A stretch of 64,000 nt of DNA, taken from positions 649,165-713,164 of the forward strand of contig CAXXQE010000006.1 of the NCBI GenBank assembly GCA_963665615.2. The letters are read 5' to 3'. This stretch comes from Syntrophales bacterium. GTDB taxonomy: Bacteria; Desulfobacterota; Syntrophia; Syntrophales; UBA4778. This document shows, piece after piece, positions 44,777-54,664 of the stretch (its first letter is position 1; each line of letters opens with the position of its first letter). The translations under genes and the position numbers were made by a program. Below the pieces are notes generated by a model, which had not been told where the DNA came from, did not search any database, and saw nothing but the letters and a program-made list of their open reading frames with translations.

Positions 44777-45342
44777 GTCTTTTGTCTCCGCACCTTGAGA
44801 ACGAAATACAGGCTATGGATGTTCGGCTGCCATTCTTTGAGCAGAGCAATCATGACAACTTCCTCGAGATAGGCCAAAAGACTGAGCGCGATCAAAGGAT
44901 AGAATATCCAGCCGTTATACCCGAACAGGAAAAGAGACATAATAAATATTCCCTGTGCATAGGCATTAATGCGATTTAGCAACGTATGGAAGCTGCTAAT
45001 TCTACCATAGCGGATCAGGGCTACCAAGACTTCAAAGAGGTATGCACCCAAGACAACAACGATCGCTACCCAATGCGCGTGCAAAAACGGTCTCTGAAAT
45101 ATAAAAAAACCGATAATCGCAACGACAAATGTGGCCATATCAGCGGTTGAGTCGAGGAATGCGCCGAACTCCGTTTTCATGTTGAATATCCGAGCGATCA
45201 GCCCGTCGAGGATATCACTGATGAGGCTGGCCAGTAAAAACCATGTAAATAATTCAATCTTCCCGGAAATGCAGAAATAGAGCAACAGCGGCACCGCCAT
45301 GATTCTATAAAGGGATATGATGTTGGGGAGATTCCAGGTCAT
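44773..45342 (-). CDS. CDP-alcohol phosphatidyltransferase family protein
   Basis: PN.IS..R and D.LDG.IAR.....T.FGA.LD..AD signature. Confidence 0.92.
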   Translation of the reverse strand: MTWNLPNIISLYRIMAVPLLLYFCISGKIELFTWFLLASLISDILDGLIARIFNMKTEFGAFLDSTADMATFVVAIIGFFIFQRPFLHAHWVAIVVVLGAYLFEVLVALIRYGRISSFHTLLNRINAYAQGIFIMSLFLFGYNGWIFYPLIALSLLAYLEEVVMIALLKEWQPNIHSLYFVLKVRRQKT

Positions 45343-45353
45343 TTAGTCCTCTC

Positions 45354-45815
45354 TTATACAAGCGAAAGATCGCGCTCAGTTTGCTTTTCCGTAAAAACAA
45401 TTTTCTTAAGAAATAATAAACTCAAGGTGGCGGTGATGCCAAGGCAGATGACCCATGCCAAGTGGTGGTTCACATGGAAGACCTCTGTCAATATATAATT
45501 TGCAATCCCCCCGCCCATCGCAGCTGCAGAATAAAACACGTATGCTTTCCCCAGCCCCCTCCAGTATGCAGTTTTCTCCGTGAAGGTCAGCCAGCGGTGC
45601 AGCCCATGCTGCCGTGCTACACCGATCGTAAAATGGAGCAGCCAGCTTGAGGTGGCGCGGCCCTTCGTCACAGGGTTAATGAGGTAGATTAACTCATAGG
45701 TCAACCAGCCGATGCCCGCCCCGCCAATGGCGACAAGTACCATGCGCAATCTTTCGGGAACGCGCAAGAAAATTTTTCTCACTATGAAACATCCCTTATG
45801 ACTGTCTTTTCCCAT
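45354..45815 (-). CDS. GtrA-like small membrane protein
   Basis: About four hydrophobic segments with a HRWLTF motif and a LKKIVF ending typical of the GtrA family. Confidence 0.6.
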   Translation of the reverse strand: MGKDSHKGCFIVRKIFLRVPERLRMVLVAIGGAGIGWLTYELIYLINPVTKGRATSSWLLHFTIGVARQHGLHRWLTFTEKTAYWRGLGKAYVFYSAAAMGGGIANYILTEVFHVNHHLAWVICLGITATLSLLFLKKIVFTEKQTERDLSLV

Positions 45816-45873
45816 TAATTTGGATGAACCTCAGTTATCAAATATATGATGCCAGGAAGATCAAGGCGGATCG

Positions 45874-46455
45874 TCATAAGCCGAAGAGTTTTTTGTACTG
45901 TTCGACAAAAGGGCTGCCTTCGCGCCACCCATGGCAGGTATTCGTGAGTGTCTTAATGGCTCGAGTGGCGCGTTCCTGCGTAAGCGCCCGGGGCTGTCTG
46001 GAGGTGGCCGTGATGATCCCCTGGCGAATGGCCGGGGCCATTGCAACCAGCAGTTCCAGGATATGCGTGCAGCTTTTCGCCCCACCCACCAACTTCTTGA
46101 GTTTTTGCGTGAATCCTTTGGTAACGCTCAGCCCTTTGATCGGTTCCAGGCTCTTCGATGTTTCCCAGCAGACGTCCAGCGGAACGTATTTCAGATCGAC
46201 CTCGACATCCTCGATGACGGACGTTGAAAAATTGACCAGCATATAAACGGATATATGATGAATGGCCCCGATTGGAATGACCGTATGGGGAAGAATATAC
46301 GTCTCATGGAAACGATCGTCTTTGAGAGTGCCTTCAACAACAATTCTGTGGTCATCACCGTCATAGATGGTCACGTCGATGCTGCGTGTATGAACTTTTC
46401 CTTTTTTCAAATCCGAAATAGATCCCACCTTGATTGATCCTCCTGAATTCTTCAT
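45874..46455 (-). CDS. DUF2889-like protein
   Basis: HTRSI, G.L.D.R, HHI, P...C, L.GL....GF, GG..SCTH..ELL, NTCH pattern. Confidence 0.7.
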   Translation of the reverse strand: MKNSGGSIKVGSISDLKKGKVHTRSIDVTIYDGDDHRIVVEGTLKDDRFHETYILPHTVIPIGAIHHISVYMLVNFSTSVIEDVEVDLKYVPLDVCWETSKSLEPIKGLSVTKGFTQKLKKLVGGAKSCTHILELLVAMAPAIRQGIITATSRQPRALTQERATRAIKTLTNTCHGWREGSPFVEQYKKLFGL

Positions 46456-46687
46456 TGCTAGCTGACCCCGGGCCTTGTCTGTGAGTCTTCAATCTCGGGT
46501 CTGACCGGAGCTCACTGCCTGGGGATTCCGCACACCCTAAATCGGTATTTCAATCTGACTTGAGCTATATCATAGTCCGATTTATCAACCAAGGAGGATC
46601 GAGAGATAGGAAAAGGAGCGGACAAATCCCCTTAACGAACCAGAGCAGGTGTGATAAGATAACTTAATATAAACAGGAGGGCGGTCG

Positions 46688-47659
46688 ATGGAAGAAATAT
46701 CATTAGGCGGTTTCCGCGACAGCGACGATGCGCTGCATCCATACAGCAACGACAGCTATTATGAGTGGTGGTACTTCGACGCCAAGTTCGATAACGGATA
46801 TTCCTGCGTGGCCACGTTCCACTGGGCCAACGCCTTCATCAAACCGCATATTCCCACGGTCCAGCTTTTAATTTATGCACCGGACGGCGGGAAGTATGTC
46901 GGCATGGCCGCTATAGATAAAAAAGAATGCTTCAGCGCGGAGGATCGGTGCGATGTGAAAATGGGCCGCAACGTTGTTCGTTATGCGGAGGAAACCTACG
47001 TTATTTCGATGCACGCGCAAAAGGTCGGGGCGGAACTGATCTACCGCAGAAGGATCCCCGGCTGGAAGCCAAATGGCACAGGGTATCTTTATGACGACGG
47101 CGAAAAAAAACAGGGATGGGTGATTGCGGCGCCGATATCTGACGTCGAAGGAACGCTTTATATCGATGGCGCTGCCGTGCCGGTTAAAGGAAACGGGTAT
47201 CATGACAAGAACTGGGGCAACTCGAACATCTACGATTGTTTCAGGGGTTGGTACTGGGGGCGAATGCATGGTCCTAAATTTTCATTGATCTACTACTGGC
47301 TTTTCCCGGTTGATCAAAATGCGCCGATCATCTCCCGCTTGCTCCTGGCGCAGGAAAACAAACCGATATTGGTCACCAACGATTTCGACTTAAAAGTTGA
47401 AAAAGAGGAAATCTGTGAAAAATTCGGCAAGAAAATACCGATGAAAATTGTCGTGCAAAGCAATCGGGACAGCGAAGTGCAATTTCGAGGTGAGTTGCTT
47501 GTCACTGAGATCAAGGAGCGAGACAAGCTGCCGAAAATAGCGCAGTGGGATCAATACCACTGGCGTTTTCTCGGGGAGCACAAGCTACAAGTAACAATTG
47601 GAGGAAAAACCATCGAAAGCGCCGGTCAGGCTGTGCAGGATCACCTGCTATTCCGATAG
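46688..47659 (+). CDS. CrtC/AttH (carotenoid 1,2-hydratase/tocopherol cyclase-like) family protein
   Basis: EWWYFDA and GYHDKNWG...WYWGR motifs; AGGAGG RBS. Confidence 0.7.
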   Translation: MEEISLGGFRDSDDALHPYSNDSYYEWWYFDAKFDNGYSCVATFHWANAFIKPHIPTVQLLIYAPDGGKYVGMAAIDKKECFSAEDRCDVKMGRNVVRYAEETYVISMHAQKVGAELIYRRRIPGWKPNGTGYLYDDGEKKQGWVIAAPISDVEGTLYIDGAAVPVKGNGYHDKNWGNSNIYDCFRGWYWGRMHGPKFSLIYYWLFPVDQNAPIISRLLLAQENKPILVTNDFDLKVEKEEICEKFGKKIPMKIVVQSNRDSEVQFRGELLVTEIKERDKLPKIAQWDQYHWRFLGEHKLQVTIGGKTIESAGQAVQDHLLFR

Positions 47660-47705
47660 GGTGAGCACATCTATAATTCCAGCTGCAGCACTGATCGTTT
47701 CAAAC

Positions 47706-47737
47706 AAAAGGCGGGCGATGGCCCGCCTCTTTGCTTT
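47706..47737 (+). terminator. Intrinsic terminator after the CrtC-like gene
   Basis: AGGCGGGC-GATG-GCCCGCCT then CTTTGCTTT. Confidence 0.6.
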
Positions 47738-47765
47738 CTTCTCAACACACTCGTCCGTTATTTGT

Positions 47766-47892
47766 GATGGTTCCGTAAAAAGTCAAAACACGCGTTGATC
47801 ATAAAGCAAACAGAAAAAGATTTCTGAGCGGCAGAAACCCGTGCCGTCATCCTCTTCTCATGCTTCAAGGCGTGACTTTTTACGAGGCCATC
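47766..47892. mobile_element. MITE-like element, copy 2 (127 bp)
   Basis: TIRs GATGGTTCCGTAAAAAGTCA / TGACTTTTTACGAGGCCATC; flanks ATTTGT / ATTTGC; shares AAAAAGATTTCTGAGCGGCAGA (reverse complement) and CCGTCATCCTCTT with copy 1. Confidence 0.75.
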
Positions 47893-47952
47893 ATTTGCCA
47901 CTTGCCACTCGCCTCTATTTTTCAGCTTAGGCGTTCTGAGGAGCGGGGGCGG

Positions 47953-48681
47953 CTATTTCTTCTTTTTCTGTGCCTTTTGCTTCGGCGCAGGCGCCGTAGG
48001 CGTATTGATCACCATCGCTGCGGCGCTCCTCACGCCCAGTAGTTCCACTTCATAGACCAGCGTCGCACCACCGGGAATGAAAGGCGGGTTACCTTCGTCA
48101 CCGTAGGCGAGGTCGGATTTACAAATCAGCTTCGCCTTGCCGCCTACTTTCATCTTGGCAATGCCTTCCGTCCAACAGGGAAGGACTTTTTCCAGCATGA
48201 ATTCAGCGGGCTGCCCGTTCTCTATGGAGCTGTTAAAAACCTTGCCATCAACGAAAGCGCCCGTATAGTGTACTGTGATGATGTCCGAGTTTGTTGGCTT
48301 AGCACCCGAGCCCGCTTTAATTTCCTGGTAAATCAGGCCGGACGCTGTCGTCTCGGCGCCTTTTTCCTTGGCGGCGTTCTCCAAAAAAGGTTTTGCCAGG
48401 TCCTTTTGTTTTTGTACGACGACCTGCGTACGCGTCCCATAGAGGGCATCTATTTTATTCTCATAGTCTTTCGGGTTCACAACCAGTGTCTTGCCGGCAA
48501 AGGCATCCCCCATCCCCTGCATGACAAATTCATGCTCCTCGGCGGACAGGGTAAAGCCGGACAACTGCCTCGCCACATCAACGCCCAGCGCATAGAGGGT
48601 TTTCTGGTCTTCCGTCTGAGGCTCTGCAGCCCATAGGGGAACGGCGACTAATAAAGCGGCAACAACGATTAGTTTACGCAT
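47953..48681 (-). CDS. FKBP-type peptidyl-prolyl isomerase (Mip/FkpA-like), paralog 2
   Basis: Same architecture as 39247-39978, with long identical DNA runs; directly downstream of metG. Confidence 0.9.
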   Translation of the reverse strand: MRKLIVVAALLVAVPLWAAEPQTEDQKTLYALGVDVARQLSGFTLSAEEHEFVMQGMGDAFAGKTLVVNPKDYENKIDALYGTRTQVVVQKQKDLAKPFLENAAKEKGAETTASGLIYQEIKAGSGAKPTNSDIITVHYTGAFVDGKVFNSSIENGQPAEFMLEKVLPCWTEGIAKMKVGGKAKLICKSDLAYGDEGNPPFIPGGATLVYEVELLGVRSAAAMVINTPTAPAPKQKAQKKKK

Positions 48682-48730
48682 GGGACTCCTCTTTAAATTG
48701 AAAACTGTTCCTTCAACTCGAAACCCGGAA

Positions 48731-50626
48731 CTACTTTATTCCTCCTCCCGGTTCCGCATCCCTGTCAAACCCCAGCAGGGTCAAGCCCTCCTTCCCGCTC
48801 GTCGCCAAAAGCATCCCGCGGGATTCGACACCCATGAGCTTGGCAGGTTTGAGGTTGACGACAACAACGATACTCTTGCCAACGAGGTCTTCGGGGGCAT
48901 AGTCCTTGCCGATCCCGGCCACGATGGTCCGTTCCTCGCCGACATCGACCTTCAGCTTGATCAGCTTGTCGGACTTGGGCACCCGCTCGGCTTCTAAAAT
49001 CCGTGCAGCGCGCAAGTCGATCTTCTGAAAGTCCTCGTAGGTGATCTCCGGTTTTGTCTCCAGCTTCTTCGGTGCGGGAGGCGCTTCCTTCTTGAATTCC
49101 ACGCGAGGGAAGAGGGCGTCGCCCTTTTCGATAACGCTGCCCGGCTTGAGGCCGCCCCAGGCGCGGATGGTGTCGTAGCCCTGGCCTGCCCCGGCGATGC
49201 CGATGCGCTTCTGGATCGTCGCGGCGGTGCCTGGCATGAAGGGCTCGATGAGCGCGGCGATCACGCGTAGAGCCTCGAGGAGGTTGTAGACAACGGTCTT
49301 CAGCCGATCTGCGTTGGCCGGCTCCTTCGCCAGCGTCCAGGGTTCAGTGGCCACGATATACTTGTTGGCGATGTTGATGAAATCCCAGATGGCCATCAAA
49401 GCCTTGTGAAAGGCCAGCTCTTCAAAGGCCGCCTCGACCTCGGGAAGCACAGTCGCGGCGCGCTCTTTAAGCACGACGTCTTCGGACGTATCGGCAACAG
49501 AGGCCGCCGGCGTCTTCCCATCGAAGTACTTCTCCACCATGGTGAGTACGCGGCTGACCAGATTGCCCAGGTCATTGGCCAGATCGGCGTTCAGGCGCTG
49601 CACCAGGCTCTCCTCGCTGAAGCTCGAATCGAGGCCGAAGACCATGTCGCGCAGCAGGAAGTAACGGAAGGCATCGAGGCCATACTTGTCCTTCAGATCC
49701 AGCGGACGCACGACATTGCCCAGGCTCTTGGACATCTTGCTTTCCTCGATGTTCCAGTAGCCGTGCACGTTGAGATGCGCATAGGGCTCGATGCCCGCGG
49801 CCTTCAGCATGGTCGGCCAATAGATGCCGTGGGGTTTCACGATGTCCTTGGCGATCAGGTGATTGGACTGTGGCCAGAAGGTCTGAAAGTTCTCGCTGTC
49901 CGGATAGCCGATGCCGGTGATGTAGTTGATCAGCGCGTCGAACCAGACGTAGGTCACGTAGTTCTCGTCGAAGGGCAGCGTGATGCCCCAGGTGAGACGC
50001 GACTTGGGCCGGGAGATGCACAGATCGCCCAGCGGCTCGCGCAGGAAGGCCAGAACCTCGTTTCGATAGCGCTCGGGGCGGATGAAATCGGGATTGGCCT
50101 TGATGTGCTCGATCAGCCAGGTCTGATACTTGCTCATCTTGAAGAAGTAGTTGCTCTCCTGACGGAACTCGGGCACAGTCTGATGGTCCGGGCATTTGCC
50201 GTCCACCAGTTCGGTTTCCGTGTAGAAGCGTTCGCAGCCCACGCAGTAATGACCGCCGTACTGGCCGAAGTAGATATCGCCGGCGTCGTAAACCTTCTGA
50301 AGAATGAGCTGGACAGTCCGGACGTGGTTCCCGTCGGTCGTGCGGATGAAGGAATCATTGGTGATAGACAGTTCCGGCCAGAGGGCGCGGAACTGGGCGC
50401 TGACCCCATCGGCATATTCCTTCGGGGTGATGTTCGCCTTGCGGGCCGCCTCGGCGATCTTGTCGCCGTGTTCGTCGGTTCCTGTCAGAAAAAAGGTCTT
50501 GTAGCCACGGTCGCGGTAAAAGCGGGCCAGGACGTCGGCCACGATCGTCGTATAGGCGTGACCGATATGAGGCGAGGCGTTCACATAATAGATCGGTGTC
50601 GTCACATAGAAAATCTTGTCAGTCAT
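48731..50626 (-). CDS. metG: Methionine-tRNA ligase with C-terminal tRNA-binding domain
   Basis: TTPIYY, HIGHAY, GTDEHG, YVWFDAL, KMSKS, C-terminal OB fold. Confidence 0.98.
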   Translation of the reverse strand: MTDKIFYVTTPIYYVNASPHIGHAYTTIVADVLARFYRDRGYKTFFLTGTDEHGDKIAEAARKANITPKEYADGVSAQFRALWPELSITNDSFIRTTDGNHVRTVQLILQKVYDAGDIYFGQYGGHYCVGCERFYTETELVDGKCPDHQTVPEFRQESNYFFKMSKYQTWLIEHIKANPDFIRPERYRNEVLAFLREPLGDLCISRPKSRLTWGITLPFDENYVTYVWFDALINYITGIGYPDSENFQTFWPQSNHLIAKDIVKPHGIYWPTMLKAAGIEPYAHLNVHGYWNIEESKMSKSLGNVVRPLDLKDKYGLDAFRYFLLRDMVFGLDSSFSEESLVQRLNADLANDLGNLVSRVLTMVEKYFDGKTPAASVADTSEDVVLKERAATVLPEVEAAFEELAFHKALMAIWDFINIANKYIVATEPWTLAKEPANADRLKTVVYNLLEALRVIAALIEPFMPGTAATIQKRIGIAGAGQGYDTIRAWGGLKPGSVIEKGDALFPRVEFKKEAPPAPKKLETKPEITYEDFQKIDLRAARILEAERVPKSDKLIKLKVDVGEERTIVAGIGKDYAPEDLVGKSIVVVVNLKPAKLMGVESRGMLLATSGKEGLTLLGFDRDAEPGGGIK

Positions 50627-51524
50627 CGTGCTTGTCCTTCACTTTACCGGTCGGTTCGGCATCGTCGTCTTCTTGAGTCTCTTTAGACGGCTCTTTGTTG
50701 GGTTCGGATGGCTTGATCGACAGTTCGACCTCGCGGCCGTCTTCCATGTGTACGGTAAACAGTCCCTTTAATATATTCTGCCGGACAACTTTCCCCCGGC
50801 CGATGGGCGTATCCGTCATCTTCCCCAGCTTCGGCATGTTGCGTTTCAGATCGCGATAGACTTCGTATTCATAGCCCAGACAACACATAAGGCGGCCGCA
50901 CAAACCCGAAATTTTTTCGGGATTGAGAAGCATGTTCTGTTCCTTGGCCATTTTGACCGAAACGGCGTCGAGATTCTGTAGGAAGGTGGAACAGCACAAC
51001 TCCCGGCCGCAGATGGCGAGGCCGCCGCAGATCTTGGCCTCCTGCCGCACGCCGATCTGGCGCAATTCGATGCGGGTTTTGAAGCGCTGGACAAGGTCCT
51101 TTACGAGTTCGCGGAAGTCAACGCGACTATCGGCGGTGAAATAAAAGGTGAGTTTGCTGCGGTCGAAGAGATAATCGACCGAAACGAGTTTCATTTCCAG
51201 GTTGCGGGTGGCAATGCGCTCCGTGCAAAAGGCGAAAGCCTCCTGCTGCGTTTTGCGGTTTTCCTCGTCTGTCTTGAGATCGTGGGGTTTTGCAATGCGG
51301 ACAATCGACTTGAGATTGGCCGGCAGTTGGTCCTCGCGAACGACTCTAACCGGGGTCGCCACAACGGCGATCGTCAAGCCGTTTTCCGTCTCCACCATGA
51401 CCCTGTCGTTGATATTGAGGGACAACTCGCCGCACTCAAAGGTATACGCCTTCCCCTGTTTTTTAAACTTGATGCCGACGACATTCTTGGTCGGCACCTC
51501 TTCGGTCGTCAGGATGTCTTCCAT
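50619..51524 (-). CDS. ricT: PSP1 domain protein (RicT/YaaT)
   Basis: RVDFRELVK, RIELRQIG, CGRELCC, ISGLCGRLMCCL.YE; tmk-holB-ricT-metG synteny. Confidence 0.92.
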   Translation of the reverse strand: MEDILTTEEVPTKNVVGIKFKKQGKAYTFECGELSLNINDRVMVETENGLTIAVVATPVRVVREDQLPANLKSIVRIAKPHDLKTDEENRKTQQEAFAFCTERIATRNLEMKLVSVDYLFDRSKLTFYFTADSRVDFRELVKDLVQRFKTRIELRQIGVRQEAKICGGLAICGRELCCSTFLQNLDAVSVKMAKEQNMLLNPEKISGLCGRLMCCLGYEYEVYRDLKRNMPKLGKMTDTPIGRGKVVRQNILKGLFTVHMEDGREVELSIKPSEPNKEPSKETQEDDDAEPTGKVKDKHDD

Positions 51525-51551
51525 ATATCACCTCACCGGCAGGACGTCGCA

Positions 51552-52562
51552 TTACGACATTGCCAATGACCCTCTCCATGTTTTTCGTCGATCATTCCGG
51601 AAAAACCTAAAGATCAGACACTCAAGGGCCAGTTGCCTGTTGGCGTTCTGCGCCAGGGCCCTCCGGGTTTGCCGAATTGCCCGAATGTTGGCCAGAATAT
51701 CCTCGGCGGTGAGTCTTCGACAATCCTCGCTCAGACGATCCAGCCGATCGCGATGAATCAGATACGCCCCTTCGCCAGCCTCCCGGTACGCCAGAAGGTC
51801 CCGGTGCCAGGTCAGCAGAATGTCGAGACGCAGGATGGCCCCGTCTCTGTCGGACCCAAAATCCGATAAAAAAGGAAAAAAATCAAGCGGATCTTTCAGG
51901 CCGCTCAAGCGGTCGATGATCGCGTTTTTGATGGCCACATAGGATCCATCGCCCATTTCCAGCGCCCGGCCGATGCTACCTGTCGAAGAGGCCGCAAGAA
52001 TCGAAGCCTCCGCAGAGGCGATCCCCTCTTGTTCAACCAGAAAGGCCGTTACGATCTCTGTCGGCAGCGGATCGAAGCGAAGACGCTGGCAGCGAGACAG
52101 AATCGTTGCGGGCAGGGCGTGGGGTCTGGCGGACAGCAGGATCAGCACATTTCGCGCCGTAGGTTCCTCCAGGGTTTTCAGGAGCGCATTGGCGGCCGCG
52201 CTATTCATTCGGTCGGCCTCGTGCAGAATGAAAACCCGGTATCTGCCCTCCAGCGGGCTGAAACGCATCTGATTTTGAATCTCCCGGATCTCCTTGATCC
52301 GAATAAACTGACCGTCAGGCTGCACGCCGATGACATCGGGATGGTTGCCGCGATCGCTTTTCAGGCAGGCGATGCAGGCGTCGCAGGCATCCGCGCCCTC
52401 TTCCAGGCAATTCAAAACCTTGGCGAACTGACGGGCGATCAAGGCTTTGCCGACGCCCTCGATCCCGCTGAACAGATAGGCGTGTGCGACGCGCCTGCCG
52501 GTGACGGCACGCTGTAGAATCGCAATCGCCTTTTCATGGCCGTATATCTGAGTAAAGGACAT
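51552..52562 (-). CDS. holB: DNA polymerase III delta' subunit
   Basis: HAYLFSG..GVGK, C..C..C, HPD, AANALLKTLEEP, TILSRC. Confidence 0.95.
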   Translation of the reverse strand: MSFTQIYGHEKAIAILQRAVTGRRVAHAYLFSGIEGVGKALIARQFAKVLNCLEEGADACDACIACLKSDRGNHPDVIGVQPDGQFIRIKEIREIQNQMRFSPLEGRYRVFILHEADRMNSAAANALLKTLEEPTARNVLILLSARPHALPATILSRCQRLRFDPLPTEIVTAFLVEQEGIASAEASILAASSTGSIGRALEMGDGSYVAIKNAIIDRLSGLKDPLDFFPFLSDFGSDRDGAILRLDILLTWHRDLLAYREAGEGAYLIHRDRLDRLSEDCRRLTAEDILANIRAIRQTRRALAQNANRQLALECLIFRFFRNDRRKTWRGSLAMS

Positions 52563-53209
52563 TACTCGTCCCTTTTCAGGAAGGCTTCCACTTCCCTTAG
52601 CACCGCACGGTGTGTATTGTCGATATCCCCTGAGGCGTCGATAATCCGGAAACGCTCCGGTTCGCGTGCGGCCAGAAAAAGATACCCTTCGCGGACCCGT
52701 CGATGAAAATCGATCTTTTCTAATTCAAAACGGTCCTCGCGCTGAGAGGCCTCTTTCCCGGCGATCCGCGCCATGGCACGCCCGATCCCCGTTTCAACCG
52801 GCACATCGAAAAGGAGTGTCAGATCCGGCGTGATGTCGCCGCAGGCGAAGCGGTTTAAGGACTCGATCATCCCCCGGTCGAGACCACGTCCGAAGCCTTG
52901 ATAGGCGATCGTTGCATCGGCAAACCGGTCGCAGAGCACGATCTGTCCCGCCGGGGCCGGCGCAATCACCTCCCGGACATGCTGCGCGCGATCAGCCATG
53001 AACAAAAACAACTCCGCCTCTGCCGAGATCCGCATCTCCGACTGATTGAGAAGGACATTGCGGATCGCCTTGCCGATGCCGCTGCCGCCGGGCTCTTCCG
53101 TCAGGAGGACAGAAAACCCCCTTTCGGTCAAAACCCCTTTGAGTTTTCGAATTTGAGTGGACTTGCCACTCCCCTCCGGTCCCTCAAATGTGATAAATCT
53201 GCGCTTCAT
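52562..53209 (-). CDS. tmk: Thymidylate kinase
   Basis: FITFEG.EGSGKSTQ, EPGG, DRAQH, CDRF, AYQG.GR. Confidence 0.97.
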   Translation of the reverse strand: MKRRFITFEGPEGSGKSTQIRKLKGVLTERGFSVLLTEEPGGSGIGKAIRNVLLNQSEMRISAEAELFLFMADRAQHVREVIAPAPAGQIVLCDRFADATIAYQGFGRGLDRGMIESLNRFACGDITPDLTLLFDVPVETGIGRAMARIAGKEASQREDRFELEKIDFHRRVREGYLFLAAREPERFRIIDASGDIDNTHRAVLREVEAFLKRDE

Positions 53210-53235
53210 GTCTCGTTAATAAACCGCTTCCCTTA

Positions 53236-53411
53236 ACCGGTCCGATCATCGGACGGAACCGGAAATTGAAAATTCGCCGGAGCAAGCTCCGGCGAATTTC
53301 CGATTCTCAAGGAAAATGTATCGTCCTGATTCGCTTGCTTACCCCGCGGCACGCAGCGGGAGATACGCTCGCTACAGAATTCAAATGCCGGAATTGTAAC
53401 ATTCCGGCATT
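53236..53411. repeat. Cluster of intergenic palindromes
   Basis: AAATTCGCCGGAGC-AA-GCTCCGGCGAATTT (53270-99), AATGCCGGAAT-N6-ATTCCGGCATT (53384-411), GTCCGAT-C-ATCGGAC (53240-54). Confidence 0.6.
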
Positions 53412-53439
53412 CATTGCTTCTCATCTCTGCTGGTACCGA

Positions 53440-53864
<425 letters not shown>

Positions 53865-53987
53865 TGGATTACCTCTCTTCGCTATCGGCGAGGCACGACT
53901 CTTTCATGACGCCGATTCTCTATTGTTTTTTTAGTATGTTTTACCTTATTTTACCAAGAATCACACACACTTTTTTGGGGGCCCTTT

Positions 53988-54581
53988 TTAGTGGGGCATT
54001 CTGTCGATCATTTCGTCAGCCAGGTTCTCGGCCATACCAAGCAATCCCGGTTTGAGGAGCATATATTCCTCAACCTTGCTGTGGTTTACGCGCCAGAGGA
54101 TCTTCCCCGTGTCGGTATTGACGAGTTTCAACTCGAAAGCGACCGTCGCTTGTTTCTTGTCGCCCACTTCGGCGTAATGCCACAGTTCGACCTGTCCAAC
54201 CATGAAAGTCTGAATCCCCAGGGCATCGCCGATCCGCTTGCTGATATCCGGATCAGAAAAGCTGACGGTCCGAAGTTTTTCGAGATAATCTGCGATATCC
54301 TTTTTCAACGCCGGGTCTTTTTCCACCGCAGCGGCCAGTTGCTCAGGCTGGATCACCTTTTTTAACCACTTTTTCTTTGCAAGTGCACGCGCGAGAATGC
54401 CCTCTACCTTGCCCTGAGCCTCCGGGAAAGCCCCCGCAGAAACCGAAAGAACTGCAATGCTCTCGGGGTGGAACTCAGCCGCATCCGGAGAAACCTGCGA
54501 ATAGCGAAGCGGCCCGCCACATCCCAACGCAAGCGATAGCGCTAGAAAAACCAAAATGATTCGGTAAGTTTTTTGCCGCAT
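53988..54581 (-). CDS. Putative lipoprotein (start moved to MRQKTY)
   Basis: Lipobox LALGC; C-terminal LVNTDTGKILW motif as in CsgG/LpoB-like lipoproteins. Confidence 0.6.
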   Translation of the reverse strand: MRQKTYRIILVFLALSLALGCGGPLRYSQVSPDAAEFHPESIAVLSVSAGAFPEAQGKVEGILARALAKKKWLKKVIQPEQLAAAVEKDPALKKDIADYLEKLRTVSFSDPDISKRIGDALGIQTFMVGQVELWHYAEVGDKKQATVAFELKLVNTDTGKILWRVNHSKVEEYMLLKPGLLGMAENLADEMIDRMPH

Positions 54582-54664
54582 GACCTGTCCATCCGATCTT
54601 AAAAGGGTGGGAACTTTTATCATAATGTATCGGACAATGCCAAAAGAAAAAGTCGCAGTCTCTC

